From: Nannocystis bainbridge
GTDB lineage: Bacteria > Myxococcota_A > Polyangia > Nannocystales > Nannocystaceae
DNA: 64,000 nucleotides
Reading direction: 5' to 3'
Assembly (NCBI RefSeq): GCF_028368995.1
Contig: NZ_JAQNDL010000002.1
Span: forward strand, 1,152,001 to 1,216,000
Part shown: positions 1-14,822 of the stretch, piece by piece
Layout: each line of letters begins with the position of its first letter
Numbering within the stretch: position 1 is the stretch's first letter
Program-made: the position numbers and the translations under genes
The notes under the pieces: model-generated
Seen by the model: the letters and a program-made list of their open reading frames with translations, nothing else
Databases searched by the model: none
What the model was told of the DNA's origin: nothing

Positions 1-584
1 GCCGGCGACAGCGCCAGATCGCAGACGGGACCGGCGCTGGCGCTGCTGAGGATGTCGCTGCCGTCGGGGCTGAGGAGCAGCGCCCGCGTCGCCGGCAAGG
101 CCTCGAGCGCCCACGTCGTCGCGGCGCGGAATACCGCCGCAAGCGAGCCGCAGCGGGCCAGCTTGTCACCGAGGGCCGCGAGCGCCGCCAGGCGGTTGCG
201 GCCCTCCGGGGCGCTGGAGATCGCCCGCGTCGCATCGAGCTCGACCGTGCCGTGGACCTGGGCGGCGGGCTCGGGCGCGGCGAAGGTGAGGGTGGTATTG
301 CCGAGCGTGAGGGCAGCGCCGGGCGCCAGCTCCTGGCCTGCTTTGAGGGCCGAGCGCTGGCCCTCGGCGACGCTCCACACCGGATTGACGCCTGCGACTT
401 CGACGACGCGGAGGCGGGCGGCGCCACGGTCCAGCTGGATCGTGAGGTGATGGCGCGAGACCGCCCCGTCGCCGAGTTGCAGGCCCTCGCCCTGGCCGCG
501 GCCGATCGTCAGCGGTCCGTCGCCGAGCTCGAACTGTCGCCCGCGATCCGGTCCGGCCTGGACGATGAGCAGGAAAGGCTGCAC
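1..584 (-). CDS. FHA domain + GAF-like domain protein, 5' part only (runs off the left edge); possibly an FHA-GAF sigma54 activator
   Basis: Translated by hand from GTG at 584: MQPFLLIVQAGPDRGRQFELGDGPLTIGRGQGEGLQLGDGAVSRHHLTI... Shows FHA motifs IGR and SRxH, then a GAF-like helical region. Not in the ORF track because it is truncated. Confidence 0.8.
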   Translation of the reverse strand, partial: MQPFLLIVQAGPDRGRQFELGDGPLTIGRGQGEGLQLGDGAVSRHHLTIQLDRGAARLRVVEVAGVNPVWSVAEGQRSALKAGQELAPGAALTLGNTTLTFAAPEPAAQVHGTVELDATRAISSAPEGRNRLAALAALGDKLARCGSLAAVFRAATTWALEALPATRALLLSPDGSDILSSASAGPVCDLALSP

Positions 585-742
585 TTCCCGCGACTATAAC
601 ATCGTCGCACTGCCCGGCCGGGGCGCGCGCCGATTCTCGCGGACTATCAGCGAGATTGACGACGCGTCCGTCCGCGCCCGCGACCGCGAATTCGGTCCTC
701 GGGGCCACGAATCAGCCGTCCGTACGCGTGGAACTCGCGTGG

Positions 743-770
743 TTGACAGCCTAGGGCCGAGTGTTACGTT
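743..770 (+). promoter_or_regulatory. Putative sigma70-type promoter of lon
   Basis: TTGACA (743-748), 16-bp spacer, TACGTT (765-770), 12 bp upstream of the GTG start. Confidence 0.5.
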
Positions 771-782
771 TCCGGCACTCTT

Positions 783-3233
<2,451 letters not shown>

Positions 3234-3383
3234 GCGCGGCTTTTGCGGACCGTCGGGCCCCGGGTTCGTCCCTGGGCCCCGCGGTCCGCGTTCGCGTGCG
3301 CCCGTTTTCCCGGCCGTTGCGAGCGCCCGTGGCACGGTGCATTTTCCGGGCCCTCGCGCTGGCTCGGCCCGCTCGACGGCCGA

Positions 3384-3411
3384 TTGACATGCGAGAACCG
3401 GGCCTTACTCT
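3384..3411 (+). promoter_or_regulatory. Putative sigma70-type promoter of dnaK
   Basis: TTGACA (3384-3389), 16-bp spacer, TACTCT (3406-3411). Confidence 0.45.
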
Positions 3412-3508
3412 GCGCCCGTAACGCTTCCCGGCCTTTCTGGGCCCGAGAGGGAAGCAGAAGTCCCCCGGCCCGTACAGGCCAAGTCCCGAGAAAGGTCAGA
3501 GTTCCACA

Positions 3509-5449
<1,941 letters not shown>

Positions 5450-5467
5450 CGCGCTCCGGCGCGCAGC

Positions 5468-5500
5468 GGGCCGAGTCCCTCACGGGGGCTCGGCCCTTTC
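5468..5500 (+). terminator. Probable intrinsic terminator after dnaK
   Basis: Hairpin gggccgagtccc-tcac-ggggctcggccc followed by TTTC. Confidence 0.6.
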
Positions 5501-5722
5501 TATTGGGTCACCGCGAGCTCGTGGCCCAGCAGCGGTGGGAGCGGGGTCTCCTGCACCGATCTTCGGCCTCGGCCCGACTGCGCCGGGAGGGGCCCTGCGG
5601 CCCGGCCTCCGGCGATCCGCGCGGGTCTGCAATCACGGACGCGCGGCCCGTCCTGATGCGCGCCAGCGCGAGTCTGCCCGTCTTTGGACAGCGCGACGCG
5701 GAGGGACTAAAAGAATTGGGTC

Positions 5723-6592
5723 ATGCCCCTTCGCGCGAAGGCCGTCGCTACGCTCGCGTTCGGGCTCGTCCTCACCAGCTGCGCCGGTCCCAACCTCTGG
5801 ACCGACGGCACCAGCGTGTCGACCGGCCTTTCGAGCCGCGGCCGCCTGCGTCGCCCGGCGAAGCTGGAGCTCACAGGCAGCGGCTTCACGGTGCCGGAGC
5901 GCTGGACGAAGCGAGGCTTCCAGTACGGCACCGAGGAGCTGGTGGCGGCGCTCGGCCGCGCGGCCAAGACGGTCCGCGGCGGCGCCAAGAAGGTGACGCT
6001 CGGCATCGCCGACCTCAGCCCGCAGCGCGGCGGCAAGTCGAAGTGGCACAGCAGCCACCAGAGCGGCCGCGACGTCGACCTGATCTTCTACAGCGCGGAC
6101 GAGCAGGGCAAGCCGCTGGCGCCGCCCGAGAACGACATGATCCGCTACGACGGCGAGGGCAAGCCGTACATCCGCGGCAAGGGCACTTACAGCGACGCGA
6201 TCTGGCAAGAGCGCCGGTTCGACACGGCCCGCAATTGGGCCCTGGTCGAAGCGCTGCTCGGCGACGCGACCATCCGCGTGCAGTGGATCTTCGTCTCGCA
6301 GCCGCTCGAGGATCGGCTGGTCGAGTACGCGACGCGGCACAAGAAGCCGCGCTGGCTCATCGAGTACGCGCGCGCCGTGATGTACGACCCGCCCGACGCG
6401 CCGACGCACAGCGACCACTTCCACGTCCGGATCTACTGCCCGCGCGACGACCGGTTCCACGGCTGCGTCGACCGCGGTGTCGTCTGGCAGCACGAGAAGA
6501 AGTCGTACAAGTACGGCGGCCCCGAGCGCTACGATCCCATCGCGTGGCGCTCGCTGGCGTCGCTCTCGGCGATCGCAATGGCGCCGGGCTGA
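5723..6592 (+). CDS. Penicillin-insensitive murein endopeptidase (MepA/LAS family), lipoprotein
   Basis: Lipobox LTSC; HSSHQSGRDVD and HSDHFHVRI zinc-binding motifs. Confidence 0.85.
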   Translation: MPLRAKAVATLAFGLVLTSCAGPNLWTDGTSVSTGLSSRGRLRRPAKLELTGSGFTVPERWTKRGFQYGTEELVAALGRAAKTVRGGAKKVTLGIADLSPQRGGKSKWHSSHQSGRDVDLIFYSADEQGKPLAPPENDMIRYDGEGKPYIRGKGTYSDAIWQERRFDTARNWALVEALLGDATIRVQWIFVSQPLEDRLVEYATRHKKPRWLIEYARAVMYDPPDAPTHSDHFHVRIYCPRDDRFHGCVDRGVVWQHEKKSYKYGGPERYDPIAWRSLASLSAIAMAPG

Positions 6593-6990
6593 AGCCGCCG
6601 TTTCGGCGAGAGAGCGCGTCGTGCGGGCGCGTAGAGGGTCATTCTGTCCCTGAGGACATGTGCGTCCGAGCCGCGATCGCACGTGCATCGTGACGGGTTG
6701 GAATTGCGAGCGGCGCTCTCGCAGCGCGAGTCGAGCTCGCTGGCGGAGTGCTCAGCCTCGTGGCGAGACGGGGCTGCGAGTGATGCTCTCGCTGCACGTC
6801 GGATCGAGTCCGACGGAGCGGCGCATCGAGGCGCGATCGAGCTCCCTGTGTCGTGCGACGAGCGAGCGAGCGATGGCCCGCGAGGATCCTCGCGGGTTGG
6901 GGTCGCAGGGATTGAGTGAGGGCTGGGACCCTCAAGACACGGCTGCGCGCGTACGCGCATCGCGGGGTGCCAGGGGTGCGGTCGACCGGA

Positions 6991-7387
6991 CTCGCAAGTT
7001 GCGAGCGCCGCGGGCCGGCCCGCGAGGTGCGAGCGTAGGGCCGAGCGGGTAGGGCAGATCGCAAGTTGCGAGCGACCGCCCGCGGTGGCTGAAGGCCGCG
7101 GCTCCGCGGCTGCGCTCGTTGGCCGTGCTCGAGCGGGCGGCGAGGGCAGGGGGCGAGGGCAGGGGGCGCGGCGAGCGAGCGAGGTCTCCCTCGCAACTTG
7201 CGAGCGACGATCGAGACCCGGGCGCGCGTCACGGGCCCGGTCCGGCGAGGTCTCGCGGCTTGCGAGCGAGATCTGCAGAGCCTCGCTGCGAAGTGGGGCC
7301 GGTGGGAACTTGCAGCCGCGGCAAGTCGGCTCGGCGAGCCGACTTGCCGGCTAGCGATTCTCGGAAGTCGGCTCGGCGAGCCGACTT
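6991..7387. repeat. Cluster of REP-like palindromes
   Basis: CTCGCAA(G/C)TTGCGAG-type palindromes at 6991, 7059, 7190 and degenerate at 7252; 31-bp hairpin CGGCAAGTCGGCTCG-G-CGAGCCGACTTGCCG at 7319-7349 with a second copy at 7365-7387. Confidence 0.8.
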
Positions 7388-7839
7388 GCTGAGACACTGT
7401 CACGAGGACCCGCAGCGCGAGCCGGCCGCGCTCGTGGCGATTTTCGGAATCGCCGCTGATCGCCCGTTTGCTGGCTTATACGGGTGAATCGCTTGAAGCG
7501 ATCGGGCGACTGCGCGGCTGCGCGCGTCCGCTGCGCCTGGCTCGAAGGTCAGGCGTGGCTGCGAGATCTCGGCCGATGGAGATCTGCACGTCGAGCATAC
7601 GAGCGTGCAGCGCTCCGATCTCTTGAGTAGATCGACGCGGCGATCGGCCCTCGCGCCACGGCTGCGAGATCTCGCGTCTCCGTGGTGCTGCACCGGCTGA
7701 GGCTGATGCTTGCGCTTCGAGACTCGCGGCCGCGACAGCTGCTCGTACGGCGCGTGAACTGAATGCTTGGGCAGGGGGGTACTGAACGTTCTCGCAGAAT
7801 GCGAGGCGACCGAAACTTGCCGGTCTCGCGTGAAAGTGC

Positions 7840-7868
7840 TTCTAGTGATCTACTCAGTAGATTATATT
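7840..7868 (+). promoter_or_regulatory. Putative promoter with a palindromic operator in its spacer
   Basis: TTCTAG-17bp-TATATT; spacer holds perfect ATCTACT-C-AGTAGAT (7848-7862); related site at 7617-7633. Confidence 0.5.
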
Positions 7869-8006
7869 GCGGACCCACAAGCCAACCTGATCGCGCCAAA
7901 GGAACTACACGGCTTGGATCGCTCCTCCGCTACCTTGTGAAGCCTCTCCGCCCGGGTTCTGCAGCCCACGCGCTCCCGACCGCGACTCTCTCCGCCGCAC
8001 GCCGCC

Positions 8007-8552
8007 ATGCCGACCTCGCTCACCGAAGCCCAGATCCGCGACATCGAAGTGACCAGCCCCGAGGGGCTGTCGTCGCAGCAGCTCGTCGCGGCCTTCGAGG
8101 ACGCCGACGTCAAGTTCAGCGAGGCCAACCTGCGCCGCTACGTGCAGCTCGGCCTCGTGCCGCGCTCGCGGCGAGTCGGCCACAAGGGCAAGCACCTCGG
8201 CTCGCACGGCGTGTACCCGATCCGCGCGGTGCGGCGCATCAACACCATCAAGAAGCTGATGGCGGAGCGCTACACGATCGAGGAGATCCAGGCCAAGTTC
8301 CTCACCTTCAAGGACAGCATCGAGATCCTCGACGAGGCGCTCGAGGAGCTGCTGTCCGCCTTCGCCGCGAAGATCGACGCCGAGGATCCGTCGCCGCGGC
8401 GCGAGAGCCTCTACGGCGAGCTCCGCTCGCTCCGCTCGGCCGCTGACTCGCTGCTGTCCGGCGTCTACCGCCTCGAGAAGCTGCTCATCGCCGGCGGCGG
8501 CGCTGTCCGTCCGCGGGGCGGTGGGGCCGCGAGTCCGACTGAACTTCTGTGA
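8007..8552 (+). CDS. MerR-like winged-HTH DNA-binding protein with a C-terminal helical/coiled-coil region
   Basis: [20 protein letters not shown]...GVYP...[18 protein letters not shown] fits the MerR HTH pattern. Confidence 0.8.
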   Translation: MPTSLTEAQIRDIEVTSPEGLSSQQLVAAFEDADVKFSEANLRRYVQLGLVPRSRRVGHKGKHLGSHGVYPIRAVRRINTIKKLMAERYTIEEIQAKFLTFKDSIEILDEALEELLSAFAAKIDAEDPSPRRESLYGELRSLRSAADSLLSGVYRLEKLLIAGGGAVRPRGGGAASPTELL

Positions 8553-8553
8553 C

Positions 8554-8586
8554 TGTCCTTTTAGACCTGTCCTTTTAGACCTGTTC
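8554..8586. repeat. 14-bp element tandem: (TGTCCTTTTAGACC)x2 plus TGTTC
   Basis: Exact 14-bp duplication immediately after the stop of the MerR-like gene. Confidence 0.85.
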
Positions 8587-8655
8587 GTTCGTTCCGCTCA
8601 CCTCCGCGCATTGGGTATACCGGCGCCGCTTCGCGCGCGCCGCCAGGGGATCATC

Positions 8656-9231
8656 ATGTTGAAGCACGACTCTTTCGCCACCGGCAGCGACCTCGATCGC
8701 GACAGCGACCTCGACGAGGTCCGCGACCACGACACCGACCAAGAAGTCGCGAGCGACGCCGGCGAAGAAGCCGGCGACGCTGACGCCGGCGACGATGGCG
8801 ACGGCCCGCCGCCGATCGTGCGGCGCGCCCGCGCCAAGACGATCGCGATGAAGCGGCTCACCAAAGAAGAGCTGCGGATCGGCGCGCTGCTGTACCCCGA
8901 GCGCAGCTATTGGCGGCCCAAGGCCCGCGGCGAGTGTGCCAACGTGTCCCGCCCGTGCCCGTACGTGAGCTGCAAGCATCACCTCTACATCGACGTGAAC
9001 CCGGCGACCGGCAGTATCAAGATCAACTTCCCCGACCTCGAGGTGTGGGAGCTACAGCACTCGTGCGCCCTCGACGTCGCCCAGACCGGCGGGATCACGC
9101 TGGAAGAGGTCGGTGAGATCCTCAACCTGACGCGCGAGCGCATCCGTCAGGTCGAGGTCCGCGGCCTGCTCAAGCTGAAGGAAGCGGGCGGCGAGGATCT
9201 CCTGTCGTATCTGGCCCGCGAAGAGGGTTGA
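8656..9231 (+). CDS. Stand-alone sigma70 region-4 HTH protein with a Cys/His-rich domain and acidic N-terminus
   Basis: [20 protein letters not shown] (sigma region 4.2); [17 protein letters not shown]...SCALD; no sigma regions 2/3 seen. Confidence 0.8.
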   Translation: MLKHDSFATGSDLDRDSDLDEVRDHDTDQEVASDAGEEAGDADAGDDGDGPPPIVRRARAKTIAMKRLTKEELRIGALLYPERSYWRPKARGECANVSRPCPYVSCKHHLYIDVNPATGSIKINFPDLEVWELQHSCALDVAQTGGITLEEVGEILNLTRERIRQVEVRGLLKLKEAGGEDLLSYLAREEG

Positions 9232-9265
9232 CCGGGCCGCCGCGCGGGTGGTACCGCGGGCGCGC

Positions 9266-10873
9266 ATGACCGCGCCCACGCCGATCCGTCGCGCCCTCGT
9301 CAGCGTCAGCGACAAGACCCACCTCGAGGTCCTGGCGCAGATCCTCATCGACGCCCAGGTCGAGGTGCTGTCGACCGGAGGCACGTTCAAGTCGCTCGAA
9401 GCGCTCGGCGTCGCGGTCGTCAAGGTGAGCGAGTACACCGGTGCGCCCGAGATCCTCGGCGGGCGCGTCAAGACGCTGCACCCGAAGATCCACGGCGGCA
9501 TCCTGGCCCTGCCGACGCCGGCGCACGAGGCCGAGCTGCGGCTCCATGGCATCGCCCCGATCGACCTCGTGGTCGTCAACCTCTATCCGTTCCGCCAGGT
9601 GGTGGCGAAGCCCGGCAGCAGCTTCGAGGACGCGGTCGAGAACATCGACATCGGCGGCCCGGCGATGGTGCGCGCGGCGGCCAAGAACTGGCAGCGGGTG
9701 GCGGTGATCGTCGACCCGGCCGACTACGCGCGCGTCGGCGCGGCGCTGCGCGAGCACGGCGGCGCGCTGCCCGAGAGCCTGCGGCGGTCGCTGATGCGCA
9801 AGGCCTACGCGCACACGGCCGCCTACGACGCGGCGATCGCCGGCTACCTGGCGCGCTTCGACGACGGCGGCCTGTCCCTCGAGACAGATGCGCTGCCCGA
9901 GCAGCTGCTCGTCGCCGGCGCCGCCCAGGGCGAGCTGCGCTACGGCGAGAACCCGCACCAGCCGGCCCGCTTCTACGCCACCGAGCAGGCGGCCGGCGAG
10001 CCGGCGGGGCTCCACCGAGCCGTCCAGCACCAGGGCAAGGCGCTCTCGTACAACAACCTGCTCGACGCCGACGCGGCGCTCGGCCTGTGCCGCGACCTCA
10101 GCCGCCTGGGCCCGGCGGCGGCCGTCATCAAGCACGTGTCGCCCTGCGGCGCGGCGATCGCCCGCGGCGACGAGACGCTGGCCGACGTGTACGTGCGCGC
10201 CCGCGAGGCCGACGCCGAGAGCGCCTTCGGCGGGATCGTGGCGCTGTCCGGCCCGGTCGATCGCGCCGTCGCCGAGCGCCTGGCCGAGACCTTCCTCGAG
10301 GTCGTGATCGCGCCGTCGTTCACCCCCGAGGCGCTGGCGCTGCTGGCCGCCAAGAAGAACCTGCGCCTGCTCAGCCTCGAGGACATGTTCGTCGGGACAG
10401 GTCCCGAGAGCCAGCCGGCGCTGCGCCTGCGCTCGATCGCCGGCGGCCTGCTGGCCCAGCGCGAGGACGCGGTGTCGGTCGCGGCGGCGCAGGGCCGGGT
10501 GACGACCCGCCGCGCGCCGACGGCCGCGGAGCTGCGGGACCTCGAGCTGGCGCAGATCGTCGGCAAGGCGGTCCGCTCCAACGCGATCGTGCTGTGCAAG
10601 GACGGCGCGACGGTCGGCATCGGCGGCGGGCAGACCTCGCGCGTCGAGGCGGCCAGGCAAGCGACGGCCCGCGCGGGGGCGCGCGCGCAGGGGGCGGTGC
10701 TCGCCTCCGACGCGTTCTTCCCGTTCCGCGACGGGGTCGACGCGGCGGCCGCGGCCGGGGTCACGGCGATCGTCCAGCCCGGCGGCTCGGTCCGCGACGA
10801 GGAGGTCGTGACCGCGGCCGACGAGCACGGCGTGGCGATGGTGTTCACCGGTCAGCGGCACTTCCGGCACTGA
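9266..10873 (+). CDS. purH: Bifunctional AICAR transformylase / IMP cyclohydrolase
   Basis: [56 protein letters not shown]. Confidence 0.98.
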   Translation: MTAPTPIRRALVSVSDKTHLEVLAQILIDAQVEVLSTGGTFKSLEALGVAVVKVSEYTGAPEILGGRVKTLHPKIHGGILALPTPAHEAELRLHGIAPIDLVVVNLYPFRQVVAKPGSSFEDAVENIDIGGPAMVRAAAKNWQRVAVIVDPADYARVGAALREHGGALPESLRRSLMRKAYAHTAAYDAAIAGYLARFDDGGLSLETDALPEQLLVAGAAQGELRYGENPHQPARFYATEQAAGEPAGLHRAVQHQGKALSYNNLLDADAALGLCRDLSRLGPAAAVIKHVSPCGAAIARGDETLADVYVRAREADAESAFGGIVALSGPVDRAVAERLAETFLEVVIAPSFTPEALALLAAKKNLRLLSLEDMFVGTGPESQPALRLRSIAGGLLAQREDAVSVAAAQGRVTTRRAPTAAELRDLELAQIVGKAVRSNAIVLCKDGATVGIGGGQTSRVEAARQATARAGARAQGAVLASDAFFPFRDGVDAAAAAGVTAIVQPGGSVRDEEVVTAADEHGVAMVFTGQRHFRH

Positions 10874-10882
10874 GGCCGCGAC

Positions 10883-10938
10883 TATCTCTCCAAACAGGTC
10901 CGAAAGGACAGGTGCGATCGTGCATGTCCCGAAGAGCA
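10883..10938. repeat. Four phased 14-bp elements filling the purH-purD gap
   Basis: TATCTctccAAACA GGTCCgaaaGGACA GGTGCgatcGTGCA TGTCCcgaaGAGCA. Confidence 0.75.
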
Positions 10939-10940
10939 GC

Positions 10941-12212
10941 TTGAAGGTCCTGATCGTCGGCGGCGGCGGCCGCGAGCACGCGCTGGCGTGGCGCTGCCGG
11001 ATCGAGGGCCATGAGGCCCACGCCGCGCCGGGCAGCGACGGCATCGCCGAGGACGCGACCTGCCACGCCGTCGGCGTCGGCGACCTCGCCGGCCTGGTCG
11101 CGCTGGCCGACGCGCTGGGCCCGGACCTGGTGATCGTCGGGCCCGAGCAGCCGCTGGTCGACGGGCTGGCCGACCGCCTGCGCGCGGCCGGACACGCGGT
11201 GTTCGGGCCGTCGGCGGCGGCCGCGGAGCTCGAGGGCAGCAAGGCGGTGGCCAAGGCGTTCATGGCCCGCCACGCGATCCCGACGGCCAAGCACGTCACG
11301 GCCACCAGGCTCGACGAGGCGCTGGCGGCGGTGCGATCGTTCGCCAGCCCGCCGGTGATCAAGGCCAGCGGCCTGGCGGCGGGCAAGGGCGTGGTCGTGC
11401 CCGAGAGCTTCGAGGAGGCGGAGCTGGCCGTTCGTTCCTGTCTCGAAGGACATGTCTTCGGCGACGCCGGGGCGACGGTGGTGCTCGAGGAGCGGCTGCA
11501 CGGCGAGGAGGCGTCGCTGTTCGTGCTGACCGACGGCGAGCGCTGGAGCCTCCTGCCGCCGGCGCAGGACCACAAGCGCCTGCGCGACGGCGACCAGGGG
11601 CCGAACACGGGCGGGATGGGCGCTTACTGCCCGGCGCCGGTGTGCGACGCGGCGGTGCTGCGGCGGGCGGAGCAGGAGATCGTGGCGCCGACGCTGGCCG
11701 GGCTGCGCGCGGAGGGACGGACGTTCGTCGGCGTGCTGTTCGTCGGCCTGATGATCGCGCCGGACGGCACTCCGAAGGTGATCGAGTACAACTGCCGCTT
11801 CGGCGATCCGGAGGCGCAGCCGGTGCTGTTCGGGCTGCAGACGCCGATCGTCGCCGACCTGCTGGCGGCCGCCCGCGGCGAGTTGACGCCGCGGACCTAC
11901 GCGGCCGCACCGGCCGCCAGCGTGGTGGTCGCCGCGGCGAACTATCCCGGCGAGACCCGGCCGGGCGCGGCGCTCCGCGGGCTCGAGGCCGCCGCAGGGC
12001 TCGCCGACGTCAAGGTGTTCCACGCCGGCACGCGTCGCGGCGCGCACGGCTGGGAGACCCGCGGCGGGCGGGTGCTGGGGGTCTGCGCTCGCGGCGACGA
12101 TCTGCGGGCGGCCATCGAGCGCGCCTACGCGGCGCTGGCCGCCATCGAGGTCGAGGGCGGCCAGTACCGCCGTGATATCGGCGTGCGAGCGCTCACCCGT
12201 CGCGGCGATTGA
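10941..12212 (+). CDS. purD: Phosphoribosylamine-glycine ligase
   Basis: [52 protein letters not shown]; TTG start at 10941 chosen. Confidence 0.97.
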   Translation: MKVLIVGGGGREHALAWRCRIEGHEAHAAPGSDGIAEDATCHAVGVGDLAGLVALADALGPDLVIVGPEQPLVDGLADRLRAAGHAVFGPSAAAAELEGSKAVAKAFMARHAIPTAKHVTATRLDEALAAVRSFASPPVIKASGLAAGKGVVVPESFEEAELAVRSCLEGHVFGDAGATVVLEERLHGEEASLFVLTDGERWSLLPPAQDHKRLRDGDQGPNTGGMGAYCPAPVCDAAVLRRAEQEIVAPTLAGLRAEGRTFVGVLFVGLMIAPDGTPKVIEYNCRFGDPEAQPVLFGLQTPIVADLLAAARGELTPRTYAAAPAASVVVAAANYPGETRPGAALRGLEAAAGLADVKVFHAGTRRGAHGWETRGGRVLGVCARGDDLRAAIERAYAALAAIEVEGGQYRRDIGVRALTRRGD

Positions 12213-12279
12213 GGCGGGCCCGTCCGCGCGGGCAGGGGTCGGCCACGCCGCGCGGAGGAAGCGTGGTATACGCCCGGCA

Positions 12280-13575
12280 ATGGCACACGTCCGCCCGCTC
12301 CGCGGCTTCCGTTACGACCTCCCCCGCCTCGGCGACGCCGGTCTTCTGCTCGCGCCCCCGTACGACGTCGTCGACGCAGCCGGCCGGACCCGGATCGGCG
12401 CACGCTCGCCACACAACTGCATCCACACGATCCTGCCCGAAGGGGAAGGGGACGCGAAGTACGCCGAGGGCGCGCGGCAGTTCGCGGCGCTCGAGGCCGA
12501 GGCGCTGGTGCGCGACGCCAGCCCGAGCTTCTACGTGTACCACCAGACGTTCACGTCCGAGGGTCAGCAGTACACCCGCAAGGGCTTCATCGGCCTGATC
12601 GAGCTGACCCGCTTCGGCGCCGGCCCGGTGCTCGCGCACGAGCGCACGCTCTCGGGCCCGAAGGCCGACCGCCTCAAGTTGATGCGCGCGTGCGAGGCCC
12701 ACCTCGAGCTGGTGTTCGGCATGTTCTCCGATCCAGGTCGCGCGTGGGAGGCCGCGACCACGCGGGCGCTCGGCGACGCGGTGCTCGAGTGCGATTTCGA
12801 CGGCACCCACCACACGCTCTATCGCGTCGACGATCCGGCGGCCACCGCCGCGCTCAGCTCCGTCCTCGAGGACAAGCAGATCTACATCGCCGACGGTCAC
12901 CATCGCTATGAGACGATGTGCAGCTTCCGCGACGAGCTCGCGGCCGCGGGCAAGGGCGAGGTGGCGCGCTGGGGCCTCATCTTCCTGTCGAACCTCGACG
13001 ACCCGGGCCTCGTCGTGCTGCCGACGCACCGCCTGATCCACAGCGTGCCCGGGCTCGACCTCGCGGCCGCGCTGGCGCAGGTCGAGCCGTTCTTCACCAT
13101 CACCCGCGAGCCGCTGCCCGCCAGCGGCCCGGCCGTGCGCGCGCGCCTGGCCGAGGCGGGGGCCCAGGGCGCGGCGTTTGGGCTGGCGGCGCCGGCCAGC
13201 GGCGAGCTGGTGGTGCTGTCGCTGCGGCCCGACTTCGACCCCGCGGTGGCCGGCCTGCAGCACCTGGCGCCGGCGCTGCAGCGCCTCGACGTCGCGCTGC
13301 TGCACGAGCTCATCCTCGACCGCGGGTTCGGCGTCACGCGCGAGGCCCAGGCGCAGAACACCAACATCCGCTACTACAAGTCGACCGACGAGGCGCTGGC
13401 GGTGGCGCGTGACGGCGGCGGCGACGTGCAGCTGGTGTGCTTCATGAACCCGACCCCGGTCCGCGACGTGCGGGCGGTGTGCGACAGCGGCGAAGTGATG
13501 CCGCAGAAGAGCACCTTCTTCTATCCGAAGATCCCGACCGGCCTGGTGTTCCACGATCTCAAGGCGGGCCTTTGA
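12280..13575 (+). CDS. DUF1015 family protein
   Basis: PPYDVV, LAHERT, YIADGHHRYET, MPQKSTFFYPKIPTGLV. Confidence 0.9.
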   Translation: MAHVRPLRGFRYDLPRLGDAGLLLAPPYDVVDAAGRTRIGARSPHNCIHTILPEGEGDAKYAEGARQFAALEAEALVRDASPSFYVYHQTFTSEGQQYTRKGFIGLIELTRFGAGPVLAHERTLSGPKADRLKLMRACEAHLELVFGMFSDPGRAWEAATTRALGDAVLECDFDGTHHTLYRVDDPAATAALSSVLEDKQIYIADGHHRYETMCSFRDELAAAGKGEVARWGLIFLSNLDDPGLVVLPTHRLIHSVPGLDLAAALAQVEPFFTITREPLPASGPAVRARLAEAGAQGAAFGLAAPASGELVVLSLRPDFDPAVAGLQHLAPALQRLDVALLHELILDRGFGVTREAQAQNTNIRYYKSTDEALAVARDGGGDVQLVCFMNPTPVRDVRAVCDSGEVMPQKSTFFYPKIPTGLVFHDLKAGL

Positions 13576-14822
13576 GCGCAGGGCTGCCCGAGGGCGCCCT
13601 CGCGGTGCTGCCGCGCGGCGCCCGTGACCTGCTGCCCGGCGCCGCCCGGCGCCGGCGCGCGCTGACCGAGGCGCTGCTGGCCGGGTTCGACCGCTGGGGC
13701 TATGACCCGGTGGTGACGCCGGCGATCGAGTACTTCGCGGTGTTCGGCCGCTGGCTGGCCGAGCGCGAGCGGCAGCGCTGCGTCCGCTTCATCGAGGCCG
13801 GCTCGGGCGAACTCGTGACGCTGCGCTCCGACATCACGCCGCAGATCGCCCGCCTCGCCGAGCAGCAGCTGCGCGAGCGGCTGGCGGCCGGCGAGGCGGT
13901 GCGCCTGTGCTACGCGGCCGACGTCGTCCGCCTGTCCGAAGGGACACGTGAGCAGGCCGAGCGCCACCAGGTCGGGGTCGAGCTGCTCGGCGACGACGCG
14001 CCCGAGGCCGACGCCGAGCTGATCCTGCTGGCCGACGAGGCGCTGCGGGCCGCAGGCGTGACGGCGGCCACGATCGAGGTCGCCGACGTCGGCATCGCCC
14101 GCGGGGTGTTCGAGCGCCTGCCGAGCTGCGACGTGGAAGCGCTGCACGGGCTGCTGGCGCGCAAGGACGCCGGCGGAGTGGCGCGCTTCGCCGCCGGGCT
14201 GGCGCTGGGCGAGGCGCCGCGGCGCTGGCTCGGGCTGCTCTGTGAGCTGTTCGGAGCGCCAGGTATTTTGGGACATGTCCCCGCGGACATCCGCGCGCGC
14301 TGGCCGTGGCTGGCCGAGCGGCTGGCGCGGCTCGAGGCGACGCTCGCGGTGGTGGAGGCGCGCGCGCCGGAGCTGCACGCGCGCCTCGTGGTCGACCTCG
14401 GCGAGGTGCGCGGCTTCGACTACTACACCGGGCTGCGGCTGCGCGCCTGGGCTCCGGGCTCGGCGCGGCCGCTGGTGGTCGGCGGGCGCTACGCCGGCGG
14501 GGCGGGCTTCGCGGTCGAGCTCGACGCGCTCGAGGCCTCGCTCGACGCCGATGCGGTGACCACGGCGACCCGGGCGGGCGGGGTGATGATCGCGATCCAG
14601 AGTCGAGAGCCGCGGGCGCGAGCGCTGGCGGCGGGGCGCGCGGGGGTCGAACGGGCCGCCGGGCGGCGCGCATGGGTCCAGGTGGGGCTGTCCCTCGAGA
14701 CAGCTCAGGCCGCGGCCGCGGAGGCGGACGCGCTGGTGTACTTCGGCGCCGACGAGCGGGCCGAGATCTGGTCGCAAAGACAGCCGGGCGCGTGGCGCCG
14801 GGCGGAGGAGAGCGGAGCATGA
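13572..14822 (+). CDS. hisZ: ATP phosphoribosyltransferase regulatory subunit
   Basis: LPRGARDLLP, TPAIEY, LRSDITPQIAR, QVGVELLG, DYYTG, GGRY; TTG start overlaps the upstream stop; lies directly before purA. Confidence 0.88.
   Translation: MSAGLPEGALAVLPRGARDLLPGAARRRRALTEALLAGFDRWGYDPVVTPAIEYFAVFGRWLAERERQRCVRFIEAGSGELVTLRSDITPQIARLAEQQLRERLAAGEAVRLCYAADVVRLSEGTREQAERHQVGVELLGDDAPEADAELILLADEALRAAGVTAATIEVADVGIARGVFERLPSCDVEALHGLLARKDAGGVARFAAGLALGEAPRRWLGLLCELFGAPGILGHVPADIRARWPWLAERLARLEATLAVVEARAPELHARLVVDLGEVRGFDYYTGLRLRAWAPGSARPLVVGGRYAGGAGFAVELDALEASLDADAVTTATRAGGVMIAIQSREPRARALAAGRAGVERAAGRRAWVQVGLSLETAQAAAAEADALVYFGADERAEIWSQRQPGAWRRAEESGA

Noticed and set aside
6645-6658. 14-bp element as parS
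   Set aside because: parS is a 16-bp palindrome with a conserved centre (TGTTNCACGTGAAACA-like). These sites are 14 bp with a free centre and are far more dispersed.
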